IMG/VR virus record: IMGVR_UViG_3300042406_002067
DNA length: 64,000 nucleotides
Reading direction: 5' to 3' (one strand)
From: an uncultured virus (IMG/VR IMGVR_UViG_3300042406_002067)
Taxonomy: Duplodnaviria; Heunggongvirae; Uroviricota; Caudoviricetes
Position 1 is the stretch's first letter; every line of letters starts with the position of its first letter. Positions 36,322-47,792 of this stretch are shown here, piece after piece. Below the pieces are notes generated by a model, which was given only the letters and a program-made list of their open reading frames with translations, made no database searches and was not told where the DNA came from. Position numbers and translations under genes: made by a program.

Positions 36322-36819
36322 ATGGAAGAAAGCGCAATATTTTGGATGGTAGTATCAGCAATAATCACATTGATATACGTGCCAATAATCTACAAACAAA
36401 ATCAGTATAACAACAAATTAATAGAGGAAAACGAAGAACTTAAAAGTGAAGTACAATCACTACAAAAGCAGTTGGAAGAATCAACTGAAATTATAAATGA
36501 TCTTAAAAAAATTGAACAAAAATATAATTTTATTCGCAGTAATACACGCAAATTTAATATTGGTGATAAGGTAGGCGTATATACTATTGAAAATGTTGAT
36601 GTTAAAATACCAGGAATTGTAGATCACCTTATTGGAGTAGGACAAATTTTTATAAATTGGCTTACCGGAACAAAAATGAAGCCCGAAACAGATCCACATT
36701 TTGTTTATGAATGTAGCGATGGCAATCCAATTAATACTCGTTTTACCGAAAATTACTTGGTTAAAATGGCAAAAGAATCCAAAAAAGCACCCAAAAAAGC
36801 AAAAACAAAAACCAACTAA
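36322..36819 (+). CDS. N-terminal TM coiled-coil hypothetical protein
   Basis: Sequence architecture. Confidence 0.6.
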   Translation: MEESAIFWMVVSAIITLIYVPIIYKQNQYNNKLIEENEELKSEVQSLQKQLEESTEIINDLKKIEQKYNFIRSNTRKFNIGDKVGVYTIENVDVKIPGIVDHLIGVGQIFINWLTGTKMKPETDPHFVYECSDGNPINTRFTENYLVKMAKESKKAPKKAKTKTN

Positions 36820-36831
36820 ATAATTAAAATC

Positions 36832-37230
36832 ATGGCAAAAAAAGCAACCACAAAAAAAGCAGCACCAAAAAAGGCTGCAGGTAAATCAAAACGTGTTTCA
36901 GTAGTAAAAGAAATGAAAATATTGAAACCGAAAGCACCATCCGAAAACGATAAAAAAATTATTGGAGCATATTTGCACGGTAGAACTGCAGGTGCAGAAA
37001 ATGAAAAGTTGGAACAAAAAATTAGAGAAAGTCAAATGCAATCAGGTCCAAAAATTACCGCACGTGTATCATTTGAATTAAACGAAGCAAACAATTGCAA
37101 AATTAATGTTTCTGGCGATTTTAATGTTATCCTACAAAAAATGCACGAAATCCAAAATCAATCAATTACAATTGATAAAGGCGAATTTTTTGCTGTAGCA
37201 GCAAAAATGATGAAAGGAGAGCAAAAATAA
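36832..37230 (+). CDS. hypothetical protein with basic N-terminus
   Basis: ORF in operon. Confidence 0.6.
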   Translation: MAKKATTKKAAPKKAAGKSKRVSVVKEMKILKPKAPSENDKKIIGAYLHGRTAGAENEKLEQKIRESQMQSGPKITARVSFELNEANNCKINVSGDFNVILQKMHEIQNQSITIDKGEFFAVAAKMMKGEQK

Positions 37231-37874
37231 TGCTTATACCATTCGCAACACTTATAGATAAATACGGAATACGCCCCAAGGGTGTATTCCATATTGGTGC
37301 CAATACAGGGCAGGAGGCACAACAATACCTGGATAAAGGAGTTGAAAATCAAATTTGGATTGAACCAATCCCCGAAATTTTTGAGCAACTTCAAAAACAC
37401 ATCGAATCAAACCCACATGCATTTGCAATACAAGCATGTGTAAGTGATAAATCACTTCAATCAGTTACATTCAACATTACCAACAATAATGGCGAATCTT
37501 CATCCTTTTTGCCACTCGATAAGCATTTGGAATACCATCCTTCCGTTCAAAATGTGGAATCAATTGATATGATCACCATCACCGTTGATGATATAATTGA
37601 ACATGCATACATTGATATGGAGCATTATGATTTTTTGAATATAGATATTCAAGGAGCCGAATTGCTTGCATTAAAAGGCATGGAAAAGAACCTAAAGCAC
37701 ATAAACTACGTTTACACGGAAGTTAATGATCAGGAGCTTTACAAAGGTTGTGCATTGGTACATGAAATTGATGCTTTTTTATCCGAACATGGATTCGAAG
37801 CAGCCGAATGCAAAATGACCGAGTGCCATTGGGGAGATAAGTTCTATATTCGTAAAAACATAAATAAAGGTTAA
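37230..37874 (+). CDS. FkbM-family methyltransferase
   Basis: HIGANTGQE, IEP, NIDIQGAELLALKG, YTEVN. Confidence 0.85.
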   Translation: MLIPFATLIDKYGIRPKGVFHIGANTGQEAQQYLDKGVENQIWIEPIPEIFEQLQKHIESNPHAFAIQACVSDKSLQSVTFNITNNNGESSSFLPLDKHLEYHPSVQNVESIDMITITVDDIIEHAYIDMEHYDFLNIDIQGAELLALKGMEKNLKHINYVYTEVNDQELYKGCALVHEIDAFLSEHGFEAAECKMTECHWGDKFYIRKNINKG

Positions 37875-37879
37875 ACGTT

Positions 37880-38470
37880 ATGGTTGAATTTAAGATTTGC
37901 ACTAAATGCAATGATAAAAAAGAAATATCCGAATTCCAAATTAAAAAAGGGAAACACACAAGTAGTTGTAAATCATGTGTATATGCTAATCATAAAATTT
38001 GGCTCTTAAATAATCCAGAAAAGTTAAAAAGGTATCGTAACAATTCTCAAATATGGCATTCTAAAAAAGCAGAAGAAAATCGTGAAAAAAAGGAAAAAAT
38101 TGTTTTAGAAAAAAAAACTAAAAACCTATGCAGGAGATGCGGAACTTCATTGTTTGATAGGATATTGATTGCTAAATATTGCCCTACATGCAAAAAGAAA
38201 GAAAAAAACGAAGTATGGAATAAAAATGATTATATCAAAAACAAAAAAACATATCAAGATTATAATAAAAAAAATAGAGAAAAAATAAATTTAAGGGATA
38301 GCAAAAAAGAAAAGGCAAAAAGGGAGCAAATTGCGGATAGGTATGTAAGTAAATTATTAAGGGAAAAAAACGGATATACCGTGGCTCAATTAAAGGAGAA
38401 TCCAGAATTATTAGAAATTAAAAGAATATTAATCCAAACAAAAAGACTATGCAAAACATCGAAGAATTAA
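37880..38470 (+). CDS. basic protein with CxxC zinc-finger pairs
   Basis: CTKC, CKSC, CRRC, CPTC. Confidence 0.65.
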   Translation: MVEFKICTKCNDKKEISEFQIKKGKHTSSCKSCVYANHKIWLLNNPEKLKRYRNNSQIWHSKKAEENREKKEKIVLEKKTKNLCRRCGTSLFDRILIAKYCPTCKKKEKNEVWNKNDYIKNKKTYQDYNKKNREKINLRDSKKEKAKREQIADRYVSKLLREKNGYTVAQLKENPELLEIKRILIQTKRLCKTSKN

Positions 38471-38643
38471 GAGTTAGTTTGCTTGATAATTATGAGCAAA
38501 TGAAAACAAAAAAAATGGATTTGAAAATGGGCAAAGAACTTGCAAATACGGCAGGCAAGATAATTAATTCATTAAAAGTTGAATTAGACTATAATTCAAT
38601 GATTGGTGAAAAAAAGAAAATAAAATTTCTTCAAAAGTCATAA
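38449..38643 (+). CDS. small helical phage protein
   Basis: ELANTAGKIINSLKVELDY; overlaps the previous gene. Confidence 0.65.
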   Translation: MQNIEELRVSLLDNYEQMKTKKMDLKMGKELANTAGKIINSLKVELDYNSMIGEKKKIKFLQKS

Positions 38644-39841
38644 CATAAGTTCTATATTCGTAAAAACATAAACCAAAAATAAAAACAATTTATGAGCAAA
38701 AATTCAGTTCAGCAGCGTATTGCTTGCGCACAAGTAGCCGTGCCAATACTTCGTAAAGGATACGAAGATAACCACAAAGTAAACTATAAAGATGGTTATC
38801 AATGGGTTGGAAACAAATCCGACAAAGCAATTTTAACAGGTAATCAACCAATTTTAAAAAACCACTAATCATTTTATGAAAGGACGCGAATTAAATCCCG
38901 ACAAAGCAATAAGATCACTTGCTGCAAAAAAAGTAAACTTTACAAACAATGGTGCAATAGATTTAACCAAAGCCGAACCACTTGGTAACAAAAGTTGGGG
39001 CAAGTTAGATTATCTTACCAAAAAATGTGGTATGTCAATCGATACAAATGGCTTGCAATTGTACCGTAAACAATTTATTTAACCAATAAATCATAAAAAA
39101 TGGAAGCATCAACAGTACATCCTTTTCAGAAAAACCAATTGGATACAAACCATGCCTTTGCCGAACTAAAGGAAGGTGATATGTTTGCCGAAAACCGCGA
39201 TTTGCTTTTTGTTATAGCAATCATTAAAAAAAACTTAGTAGTTGTATATCAAGGCACACAATCCGAAATGCGGCCAATATGCTATACTTCATCCGATGAA
39301 GTTCGTAAAAAGTTTGCATTACAAGGTCAATCAGGATATTGGGTAAATTACCTTGGTAACGATAAAGCCTTTACCGATAAATTATTAAACGATTAAATTC
39401 AATAAAAATGGGAGCATTGAATGAATCAGTACCTTTTTTTACATTTGTAAAAAAGCATCACACAAAGCCAATATTCCAACAGGATTTGTTGGATATTGGC
39501 GATTATAAAAACCGATTGATGGATTATTTCCTTTATGGAAAAGATGATAAAGGAAATCCACCATCGGCATACAAAAAACAACGATTGTTGGAGGAAATAA
39601 GGCGAACAGATGCTTGGCTAAAAAAAGCAACCGAAAATTTTGTTCATTCTCCACATAGTAAAAACATTTTTGAATAAAAAACCATGAAAAAAGGACAAAG
39701 AACCGACTTCAAAAAAGAAGTATTTCAAACAGGATTAACCGAACGTTCGAGAGGCGGACAAGCATTAAGAAATTTCCTTGGAGGCGGACAAGCAAAACGC
39801 CAACGTTTAAATGTTGTACGAAAAAAGAAAAAGTAATTTCT

Positions 39842-39876
39842 ATCTAATATCTTACATCTAATATCTAAAATCTATT
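39842..39876 (+). repeat. degenerate 7-bp tandem repeat x5
   Basis: ATCTAAT ATCTTAC ATCTAAT ATCTAAA ATCTATT. Confidence 0.6.
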
Positions 39877-39878
39877 AC

Positions 39879-40802
39879 ATGAATTACTATTGCACCCATT
39901 CCGATATAAACTACCTTGCAAAAGGTATTGCATTGTACAACTCAATTGCTGCATTGGATCCCAATTTTAAATTGTTTTATCTTTGCACAGACGATGCAAC
40001 ATACACAACCTTGTGTAAACTTGGTTTACCATACCTTGCACCAATAAGTTTAGCAAACTTAGAGCAACAAAATAAAGAATTATCATTAGCACGCAACAAT
40101 CCACCAAGCCAATATGGCGATTCATACAGCCAATTTTGTTGGACCTTAACACCTTATTTCATAAATTGGTTACTACGTAACGAAATTCCACGCAAAGGCG
40201 AATTACTCTATTGCGATGCCGATTTGTATTTTTACCATCCACCGCAATTAATATTCGATGCATGTGCTGTTTATTCCGTAGGAATTCATACACATCAATT
40301 CGAATCCTACAATCCAGATACCAACAATGTAGGCGAATTTAATGTAGGTTGTGTATTTTTCCGTAACGATATAGATGGAGCAATCATAAGCGACCATTGG
40401 AAAAATTGGTTATTAAACCCTAAAAACAAGTATTACGAAAAATACGGCACTTGTGGCGATCAAAAGTATTTAGACCTGTTTATTCCGCTATTTGGAGCAA
40501 AAAACGTATGTGTATTTGATAGAGATACCGATATTTTGCATGGAGCACCATGGAATTTTACACGTTATCATTTTGATAATAACAATTGTGTACATAAATT
40601 TGGCGAAGCATCAAAAACATTAGTTTTTAATCATTTTAGCCATTTTGTAATAAATAATGATGGAACCTGGCGAAGCGATGATCATGGCGAATGGAACCAA
40701 GATGGTAAACCAATTGAGCAATATTGCTCCGCAATTGGCAATTATTACCAAAATTATGCAGCCGAATTACAAAAAGCATTAAATTTGATTAATCAATATT
40801 AA
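39879..40802 (+). CDS. GT-A fold glycosyltransferase
   Basis: YCDADLYFY, FNVG, GDQKYLD, APWN. Confidence 0.75.
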   Translation: MNYYCTHSDINYLAKGIALYNSIAALDPNFKLFYLCTDDATYTTLCKLGLPYLAPISLANLEQQNKELSLARNNPPSQYGDSYSQFCWTLTPYFINWLLRNEIPRKGELLYCDADLYFYHPPQLIFDACAVYSVGIHTHQFESYNPDTNNVGEFNVGCVFFRNDIDGAIISDHWKNWLLNPKNKYYEKYGTCGDQKYLDLFIPLFGAKNVCVFDRDTDILHGAPWNFTRYHFDNNNCVHKFGEASKTLVFNHFSHFVINNDGTWRSDDHGEWNQDGKPIEQYCSAIGNYYQNYAAELQKALNLINQY

Positions 40803-41384
40803 ATAAAATGCCAGAAAGAAGGGAAATATTAATAATTGGCGCAAGTGCTCCAATTTTTGCACAAACAACCGTTCCAGAAAAAACAACAACGGTAATTATA
40901 AAAAACGAACATGAACCGGAAGAAAAAAGCATCACCAACGTTTTTGGACCACCACCAATAATAATTCATAATTATAGTGCAACTTATTTGGTAGAAAATA
41001 AAATACAACCAACAGGAAGGCAATTACGTAACCAACGCAGAAAAAAACCTAAAAAAAATGGCAGGAATCGCAAATAAACCATACCAAAACATCCGTTCAG
41101 CACTTATTTCGCTTTATGGTCCAGCATCGCCCGAATACGAATTGGCAATGGAATGGTACAGCGTGTATTTAAAAAACACACCAACAAACTTGGATAATCG
41201 AAAAGTTAAATGTGCTTGTGGCAATGCAGGTTGCCGTATAGGATTAAACTTCGACCAAGGTTCCGAACCAAGCCAACAATACATGCTCCTTACCGATAAA
41301 AACGGAAACGAGCACAACATGCACATAAATCCCGAAAACAAAAAAGAGTTAATGGGCCATCTAAAACAAATTAAATTCAAATAA

Positions 41385-42035
41385 ATGCACATATTAGGCA
41401 ACATACACCTAAAATCAAAGGAGCGCGGATTGTTTTATGCAATATCAAGAGATTCAATTGATTTTATTAAAGCTCCATCTGAAATTATAATAAATTCAGA
41501 ACAAAGCCATGGCGAAAAAATGATTGAATTGATTAACAATAATTTAAAAGCCGATTCCGATTATTTTTTGAATTTTGAGGAAGATCATTTTTGCGTGCTG
41601 CAGGATAAAAATACATTTGATTACATTATGCAAAAAGCAACAGAGCATAGCGTAGATGTTGTTCGTACAAGTTTTCACCATGTAGAAATGGAATGTGCCA
41701 AACATGTACCAGCAATTTATGAAGATGAATTTGTTAAAATTATTCGATTTACAGCACCAAACTTCGAAAAGTTTTGCATACCTTTCAAACGATTTTATTT
41801 AGGAACAAATTGTATTTTTAAAGCCGAATATGCAAAAAAGTTTTTTAGGCGTATAGGCTATCGCCCACACGATTATGAGTTAAGGCACTATCAATCAGAT
41901 ATGGAATATACATGCTTAATACCAAAGGTAGAAATGCTTCGCCCTATTGACGATGATCATGGAGTAGAAAATTCATGTTGCTTAAAAAATCCAACACCAT
42001 TATTTACACAATTGTATAATAAATATAAAAACTAA
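41385..42035 (+). CDS. possible GT-A-like protein
   Basis: YFLNFEEDHF acidic motif in a GT-rich context; weak. Confidence 0.35.
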   Translation: MHILGNIHLKSKERGLFYAISRDSIDFIKAPSEIIINSEQSHGEKMIELINNNLKADSDYFLNFEEDHFCVLQDKNTFDYIMQKATEHSVDVVRTSFHHVEMECAKHVPAIYEDEFVKIIRFTAPNFEKFCIPFKRFYLGTNCIFKAEYAKKFFRRIGYRPHDYELRHYQSDMEYTCLIPKVEMLRPIDDDHGVENSCCLKNPTPLFTQLYNKYKN

Positions 42036-42040
42036 AAATC

Positions 42041-42454
42041 ATGGCAAAAAAATACAATATTAAAACAGTAGCCGATGCAGTAAATGCAGTAACAAAAGAT
42101 AATATCGATTTGTTTTTAACGGATTTTTCGGAATGCTTGAGTTTGGCTGTAACGTTGAAGGGAGCATACAAACAACAAACAGGCGAAGAACCTGCATTTG
42201 CAGTTATGGAAGAATTTACATGGACAGATGATGGTACTCCAGGATTAACAAGTATTACTATGAAAATGGAAACAGAAGAAAATTCGGTAAAAAAAAATGA
42301 AATGGAGGATTTTGCTGATTTTATTGATGCTGGATATTGGATAAAAGGAGCAAATGGTTTATGGTATCAAAAGTCAGATGGAAATGTTGATGAAGGAATA
42401 AAGTTTGAACAGCTATTAAGCAAATATAGAGAACAATCAAAAAATAACCCATGA
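42041..42454 (+). CDS. hypothetical protein
   Basis: ORF in operon. Confidence 0.6.
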   Translation: MAKKYNIKTVADAVNAVTKDNIDLFLTDFSECLSLAVTLKGAYKQQTGEEPAFAVMEEFTWTDDGTPGLTSITMKMETEENSVKKNEMEDFADFIDAGYWIKGANGLWYQKSDGNVDEGIKFEQLLSKYREQSKNNP

Positions 42455-43347
42455 AAATAGCAGCAGGTATAATCGTTTTTAATTCCGATTTTGTATTACA
42501 ACAAGTATTGGAAAGCATTTATCCATACATGAACCAAATCCTTATTTCCGAAGGTTGTGTTACATATTGGAAAGATAAAGGATTCACCACATCATTGGAC
42601 CGTACAAACCAAATACTCAAAAACTTTCCCGATCCACAAAACAAAATTAAAATTGTACATGGCACATACTTGGAAAAAACCGAGCAAGCCAATGCATACA
42701 TGAAGTTAGTGGACCGCGATACCGATTACATCTGGAACATTGATGCCGATGAAGTTTTTAAAGCCCAAGATATTGAATCAATAATTAAACTACTCGAAAC
42801 CGAAAAACCAACCAGCGTTGGATTTAAAGCATACAGTTTTTATGGTGGATTCGAGCATTATTTAACCGGCTTCGACCATGATCATGAATTTATTCGTATC
42901 CGCAAATATCCGTATTGGGGCGCACAATGGATAAACCATCGTCCGCCAACAATGGAATTACCTGCAGGAGTAGATAAAAAACACTTGTCGAGCGAGCAAT
43001 TGGCCGCACAAGGAATTTACATGTATCATTACAGTTACACCTTTCCGCGACAAGTATTCGAAAAAGTGCAATATTACGAAGGTGCAGTAATTTCACCAGG
43101 TAAATGCATCCCCGATTATTTCAATAGCGTATATTTACCATGGGTAACAGGCAATGCAGAGCAAAAGCAAGCAATAGAACAAAAATACCAAGGCGTACAT
43201 GAATTTACACCCGATGCACGTGGCGATTGTTATACAACACGTTTCACAGGTTGCCATCCATTCCCTATCACCAAAGCTATAAAACAGCTAAAAAAGGAAT
43301 TTGAAGCACAATTAACGCCATTTTTATTGGAAAGGGCGTTTCATTGA
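42451..43347 (+). CDS. GT2-like glycosyltransferase
   Basis: ILISEG..SLDRT, WNIDADEV, YHYSY. Confidence 0.7.
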   Translation: MKIAAGIIVFNSDFVLQQVLESIYPYMNQILISEGCVTYWKDKGFTTSLDRTNQILKNFPDPQNKIKIVHGTYLEKTEQANAYMKLVDRDTDYIWNIDADEVFKAQDIESIIKLLETEKPTSVGFKAYSFYGGFEHYLTGFDHDHEFIRIRKYPYWGAQWINHRPPTMELPAGVDKKHLSSEQLAAQGIYMYHYSYTFPRQVFEKVQYYEGAVISPGKCIPDYFNSVYLPWVTGNAEQKQAIEQKYQGVHEFTPDARGDCYTTRFTGCHPFPITKAIKQLKKEFEAQLTPFLLERAFH

Positions 43348-43402
43348 TTCTAATTTTATAAAAAATCATATATTTGCAAATAATATTTAAAATAAACAAA
43401 CC

Positions 43403-44008
43403 ATGAATTTCGAAAACATTTGTACCGAAGCCGAAGCAGCTTTTTTATTAAAAAACTTAAAACATACCGATCGTGTATTGGAATGGGGAAATGGTGATTT
43501 AGCACTTCAAATTGCCGACAAAGTAAAACACGTAACCGTTATTACACATGAGCTTAATGCATTAGGCAAAATTGTGGATTTGCAGCCACAAAATATGTCA
43601 TCCGTATATGTTCCACCAACCGAGCCAATGCAATCCGATGATGGTAACGAGCGCGAATTCCATGATTATATCCAGGAAGCCGAACAACAATTAAAACGTT
43701 TTGGCAAATTTTCGGTAGTAATTATACGTGGGCGTGCTCGCGTACATTGCGCACGCATGTGCGAAAACATTGGTACAGATACCACACGCGTATTTATGTT
43801 CGATTTTAATCATCCACAGGAACAATACCGCAGAAACGAATATTTCCAAGCCGAACAATACCTGCAGCACCAAAAAGGCGAATTTGCATTGCATTTATTT
43901 AAAATAAAAGCATTGCAAAACAAAAAAGTAGTAAAAGCTACCGATTTAATTGCTACTCCCGAACAACAAGCAACAGGATTAAAAATAGCAAAACAACGCA
44001 AAAAATAA
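43403..44008 (+). CDS. methyltransferase-fold protein (possibly degenerate)
   Basis: VLEWGNG, VIIRGRARVHCA; preceded by TATATTTG at 43369-43376. Confidence 0.5.
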   Translation: MNFENICTEAEAAFLLKNLKHTDRVLEWGNGDLALQIADKVKHVTVITHELNALGKIVDLQPQNMSSVYVPPTEPMQSDDGNEREFHDYIQEAEQQLKRFGKFSVVIIRGRARVHCARMCENIGTDTTRVFMFDFNHPQEQYRRNEYFQAEQYLQHQKGEFALHLFKIKALQNKKVVKATDLIATPEQQATGLKIAKQRKK

Positions 44009-44254
44009 TGGACCAACAAAGTTTTTGGGTACAAATAACAGGATATGCCAATGGAGCATATCCAATTGTGGAGTACAAAGGCGTTTTAACCGATAGAAAC
44101 AGCGTTTTATTATCGCAAAACATTGGTAAAAGCATTCCGGTAGTACGCCATGGCAAAAATTATTTTAAAACAACAAAAGATTGTAGCCATTTTTTTTTGA
44201 TACATGAAAAAGATTGCATATTATTGCCAAGTTGATTATAAAAAAAATGGGAAA

Positions 44255-44881
44255 ATGAAATCATTTATGTTCAAAGAGTTTTTATTAAAGCAAGTTGTTG
44301 CTAAAGTAAAAACACAAACACGCAGAACGCACGGACTTGAAAAAGTAAACCACAATCCAGGCCGTTACAAGTTTCAAGCATTATTACCACCAATTACTGA
44401 AAAGGACCAATTATATGCCCTTTTTGTTGATTTAGAAAATCCAAGTACATCCGCATTAGTATCATGTAAGCCAAAATACCAAATTGGTGATATTTGCTAT
44501 TTAAAGGAAAACTACGCCATTGCAGGAAATACAACACACCATCATATTTATCAAGCCGATTATGATCCCGAAGCACGCAAAAAAATAAAGTGGAAATCAA
44601 AATTAATGATGCCTGCAGTATCAGCACGTTTTAAAGTACAAGTTACCGGTATTCGTGTTGAACGATTGCAGGATATTTCCGAATACGATGCAATCCAGGA
44701 AGGAATAGTAAATCATTGGTTTTGCACCAAATATTATCAATGCTATCTTGATGTTGAAGGCTTTTACAAACAAGCAATAGATTCTTTCAAGTCTTTATGG
44801 TACTTTATTAATGGAAATGATTCATGGAACAAAAATCCATGGGTATTTGTATATGAATTTAAACTTATAGATAATGGCTAA
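44255..44881 (+). CDS. ASCH/PUA-like phage protein
   Basis: KTQTRR, MMP..SARF..VTGIRVERLQDISE.DA..EG, W..NPWVFVYEF. Confidence 0.7.
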   Translation: MKSFMFKEFLLKQVVAKVKTQTRRTHGLEKVNHNPGRYKFQALLPPITEKDQLYALFVDLENPSTSALVSCKPKYQIGDICYLKENYAIAGNTTHHHIYQADYDPEARKKIKWKSKLMMPAVSARFKVQVTGIRVERLQDISEYDAIQEGIVNHWFCTKYYQCYLDVEGFYKQAIDSFKSLWYFINGNDSWNKNPWVFVYEFKLIDNG

Positions 44882-46202
44882 AAAAAACATAGGCAACACT
44901 TTGCCTGCATTCGTTCAATATCGTAAATATTTACGTAAATTAAGTTACAAACAATTAAAAACAGAAACAGCCCTTTTGCTTGGCTATTTAATTGCATTTG
45001 AGCATTACACACCACGTAGTAAAAATAACTTGTATTACAGGCTTACATGCATGAAATTTGTATATGCATTAACATTGTTAAAGCCAAACGATAGAACAAA
45101 AATGGATGGATGGCTTGAAGAAGGCAAGCAAAACAAACCAAGCGCATTAATGTTAAACTATGAAGCAAAACTAAAATTATAATGAAAAAAAACGTATATT
45201 TTTTACTCGCATTAAGAATAATTATTCTATTTGCAATAGCAATGCTATTTACACTTGTTCCAGAATACCTTAACAAGTTAAATCCCAAAATATTGGGCGA
45301 TTATGTTGGTAAATATTACACAGAACCTCAATCTGGAATAAGGCACATCCTTTTAAACATTATGGGTGCTTTGCTTTTTATTTTATCAGCAATAGATGCA
45401 TTTATGTTTGCATATAACATAGTTAAAAAGAATTACGATAGTTAAAATAAAAGCCATGAAAGCACAAAAACCACAAAAAGAACGATTAGAAAAATCATTA
45501 ACCGAATACATTAATCAAAAAAAATCGCAGGATGAATGTGTTGGTTTTATTGATGGATATGAACAAGCAATTGAAGATACCAAAGCTCAAATTGATAATT
45601 CACGTGCATTAGCTATTCGTATTGTCGTTCGTTTCATTGTAGTAGCAACCACAATCACATTGGCTTACATAGGTTTAAAATTAATTGAAAAAATACTTTA
45701 AAATGGAACCATTAAACACAATAAAACACGATTTACGTACAGCAATAATTGAAGAACTCAATAAAATTATTTACAAGTGCGATGTAATTGATTCCGAAAC
45801 AAAAACAAAAATTAAAAATTACATACAATCCAATCTTTATAATTTTGATATACATGAAAATAAAATTGCATTTATAAGAGCTGCATTTGATCATGCTGCT
45901 AATATTTACAATTTAAAACAAAAAGAAAGCGAAGAATTATGGGAGAAAATTGTTGTACAAAATGCTGCAATTAATAACGAACCACATTTAGTTGCCGACA
46001 AAGTAATAAAACAGCACGAAGCCAATTTTAAAAACCATACATATCCAAATTTAATTAGTGCTACAAAGTGGGCGCACGATAATGGATACATAAAAATGAT
46101 TGGCGCAAATTATTATTCAAATGATAATTTTGTAACCCTGCTATCCGAAGAAAACATAATGCAATTATTCTATAATCAACAAAAAAATGATCCTACAAAG
46201 CC

Positions 46203-46760
46203 ATGAACATAATATTTTTAGATATTGATGGCGTTTTAGCCGTTGCAAGTCAGGAGCGCGATGATTATGGACAAATATTCCATTCGCATTTTGTAAACAA
46301 CTTAAAACGAATTATTGACGAAACACAAGCCAAAATTGTAATAAGTAGCAGTTGGCGCAAAAGTTCGTTAAAAATTATGAAGGAAATGTGGAAATACCGC
46401 AATTTACCTGGCGAAGTTATAGATACGACACCAAGTTTGTATGTATTTAAAGGAACAAACAACATTCAGTTTTGGAACGATAAGCTATCTGTAAAGAAAA
46501 CACCACGTATAAAAGGTTACACTATACCACGTGGTTGCGAAATCGAATATTGGATGGAAAACGAAGCCGAAGCATTTGGAAGCATCACAAACTACGTTAT
46601 TTTAGATGATGATACCGATTTTTTAATGAAACAATCCAACAATTATGTGCAATGCTCCAATGTACAAGAGCATCCAGATAGCATTGAAGGATACGGACTA
46701 ACCGAAATTAATGCAATAGAAGCAATACGAATTTTAAACGGAGCACTAACCAACAACTAA
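46203..46760 (+). CDS. HAD-superfamily protein (Swiss-army-knife RNA-repair type)
   Basis: IFLDIDGVL, IVISSSWR, RGCEI, YVILDDD. Confidence 0.8.
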   Translation: MNIIFLDIDGVLAVASQERDDYGQIFHSHFVNNLKRIIDETQAKIVISSSWRKSSLKIMKEMWKYRNLPGEVIDTTPSLYVFKGTNNIQFWNDKLSVKKTPRIKGYTIPRGCEIEYWMENEAEAFGSITNYVILDDDTDFLMKQSNNYVQCSNVQEHPDSIEGYGLTEINAIEAIRILNGALTNN

Positions 46761-46784
46761 CAACAAACAACCAACAACCAACAA

Positions 46785-47423
46785 ATGATAGAATGCTGGC
46801 ATACACCCGAAGTTGCAATTGAAATGAATCGCAACTATCCTGTTTATCTTAATTTGATGGACGAAACACAACACATTCAAGTGTTAAAAGAACAAATAAA
46901 AGCAATCCCATTCCGCCACAAACAACAACGTGTATTGGATATTGGTTGCGGAACAGCCCAAATATCCAAACTATTCAATGATTATCATTTCGAATACAAT
47001 GGTTCCGATTTGCCATACATAATTGAGCATTGTGCCCAAAAATGGCACCCAAACTACAAATACATTAAATCCGACAATATAAACGATCTGCCTATTGCCG
47101 ATTTTGATATAATTCTTATGAATGCATTTATTGATGTAATGGAGCATCCATTGGAACAATTGGAAAAAGTATTGGAAAATGCCAAAAATTATGTAATATT
47201 GCACAGGCAGGAGTTTGATAATGCAGGACCAACACGCACAACAATAAACGATAGTTACAATGCAAAAACATACCATTCAATTATAAACTCAACCGATTTT
47301 TTGGATTTGTTATACAAACATGAATTTGTAATAATACAGCAATTTACATGCGGATTCAACAATTGGATTGATGGAGGAAAAAGCATTCTATTGCAAAAAC
47401 ATAAAAAGTGGATTAATCGATAA
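46785..47423 (+). CDS. class I SAM methyltransferase
   Basis: VLDIGCGTA. Confidence 0.75.
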   Translation: MIECWHTPEVAIEMNRNYPVYLNLMDETQHIQVLKEQIKAIPFRHKQQRVLDIGCGTAQISKLFNDYHFEYNGSDLPYIIEHCAQKWHPNYKYIKSDNINDLPIADFDIILMNAFIDVMEHPLEQLEKVLENAKNYVILHRQEFDNAGPTRTTINDSYNAKTYHSIINSTDFLDLLYKHEFVIIQQFTCGFNNWIDGGKSILLQKHKKWINR

Positions 47424-47792
47424 AAAATGCAAAACTTTATAATAAAAAGAACTTGGCGGATTCATAATTATGGGCAAAAGTGCGACTTTGTTAATTATTT
47501 AACAGGCGCAATTTTTACTAATTGCTTTGGAACTGAATATTTTCAACCAGATATAGGGAGAGCACTTATTTGCGATAGCGAGCCACTTAAAAAGTATTTA
47601 GGAGAAGATTGCAATTTAACCATAAAGCATTTTTATCCAGAAGGCGATTTTGTGGATAAAAAACACATAACTCCCGACTATGCTTATAAGCAAGAATACA
47701 TTGAAGTTAAAACTGAAAGCGAACAAATAGTAAAATCATATATTGCAAAATATGAAATTAAAAAATATTACCAAAAAAAATAAATAATCAAT

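Larger units (their letters stand above)
37837..38672. repeat. 28-bp perfect direct repeat (37837-37864 / 38645-38672) flanking a two-gene module
   Basis: ATAAGTTCTATATTCGTAAAAACATAAA in both places. Confidence 0.9.

Noticed and set aside
39750..39795. GAGGCGGACAAGCA direct repeat
   Set aside because: Short in-frame duplication (GGQA twice) inside a 50-aa ORF (39684-39836); no sign of a mobile element
46750..46784. CAACAA/ACCAA-type repeats before start codons (also 17186-17221)
   Set aside because: Low-complexity A/C-rich leaders, consistent with ordinary translation initiation regions
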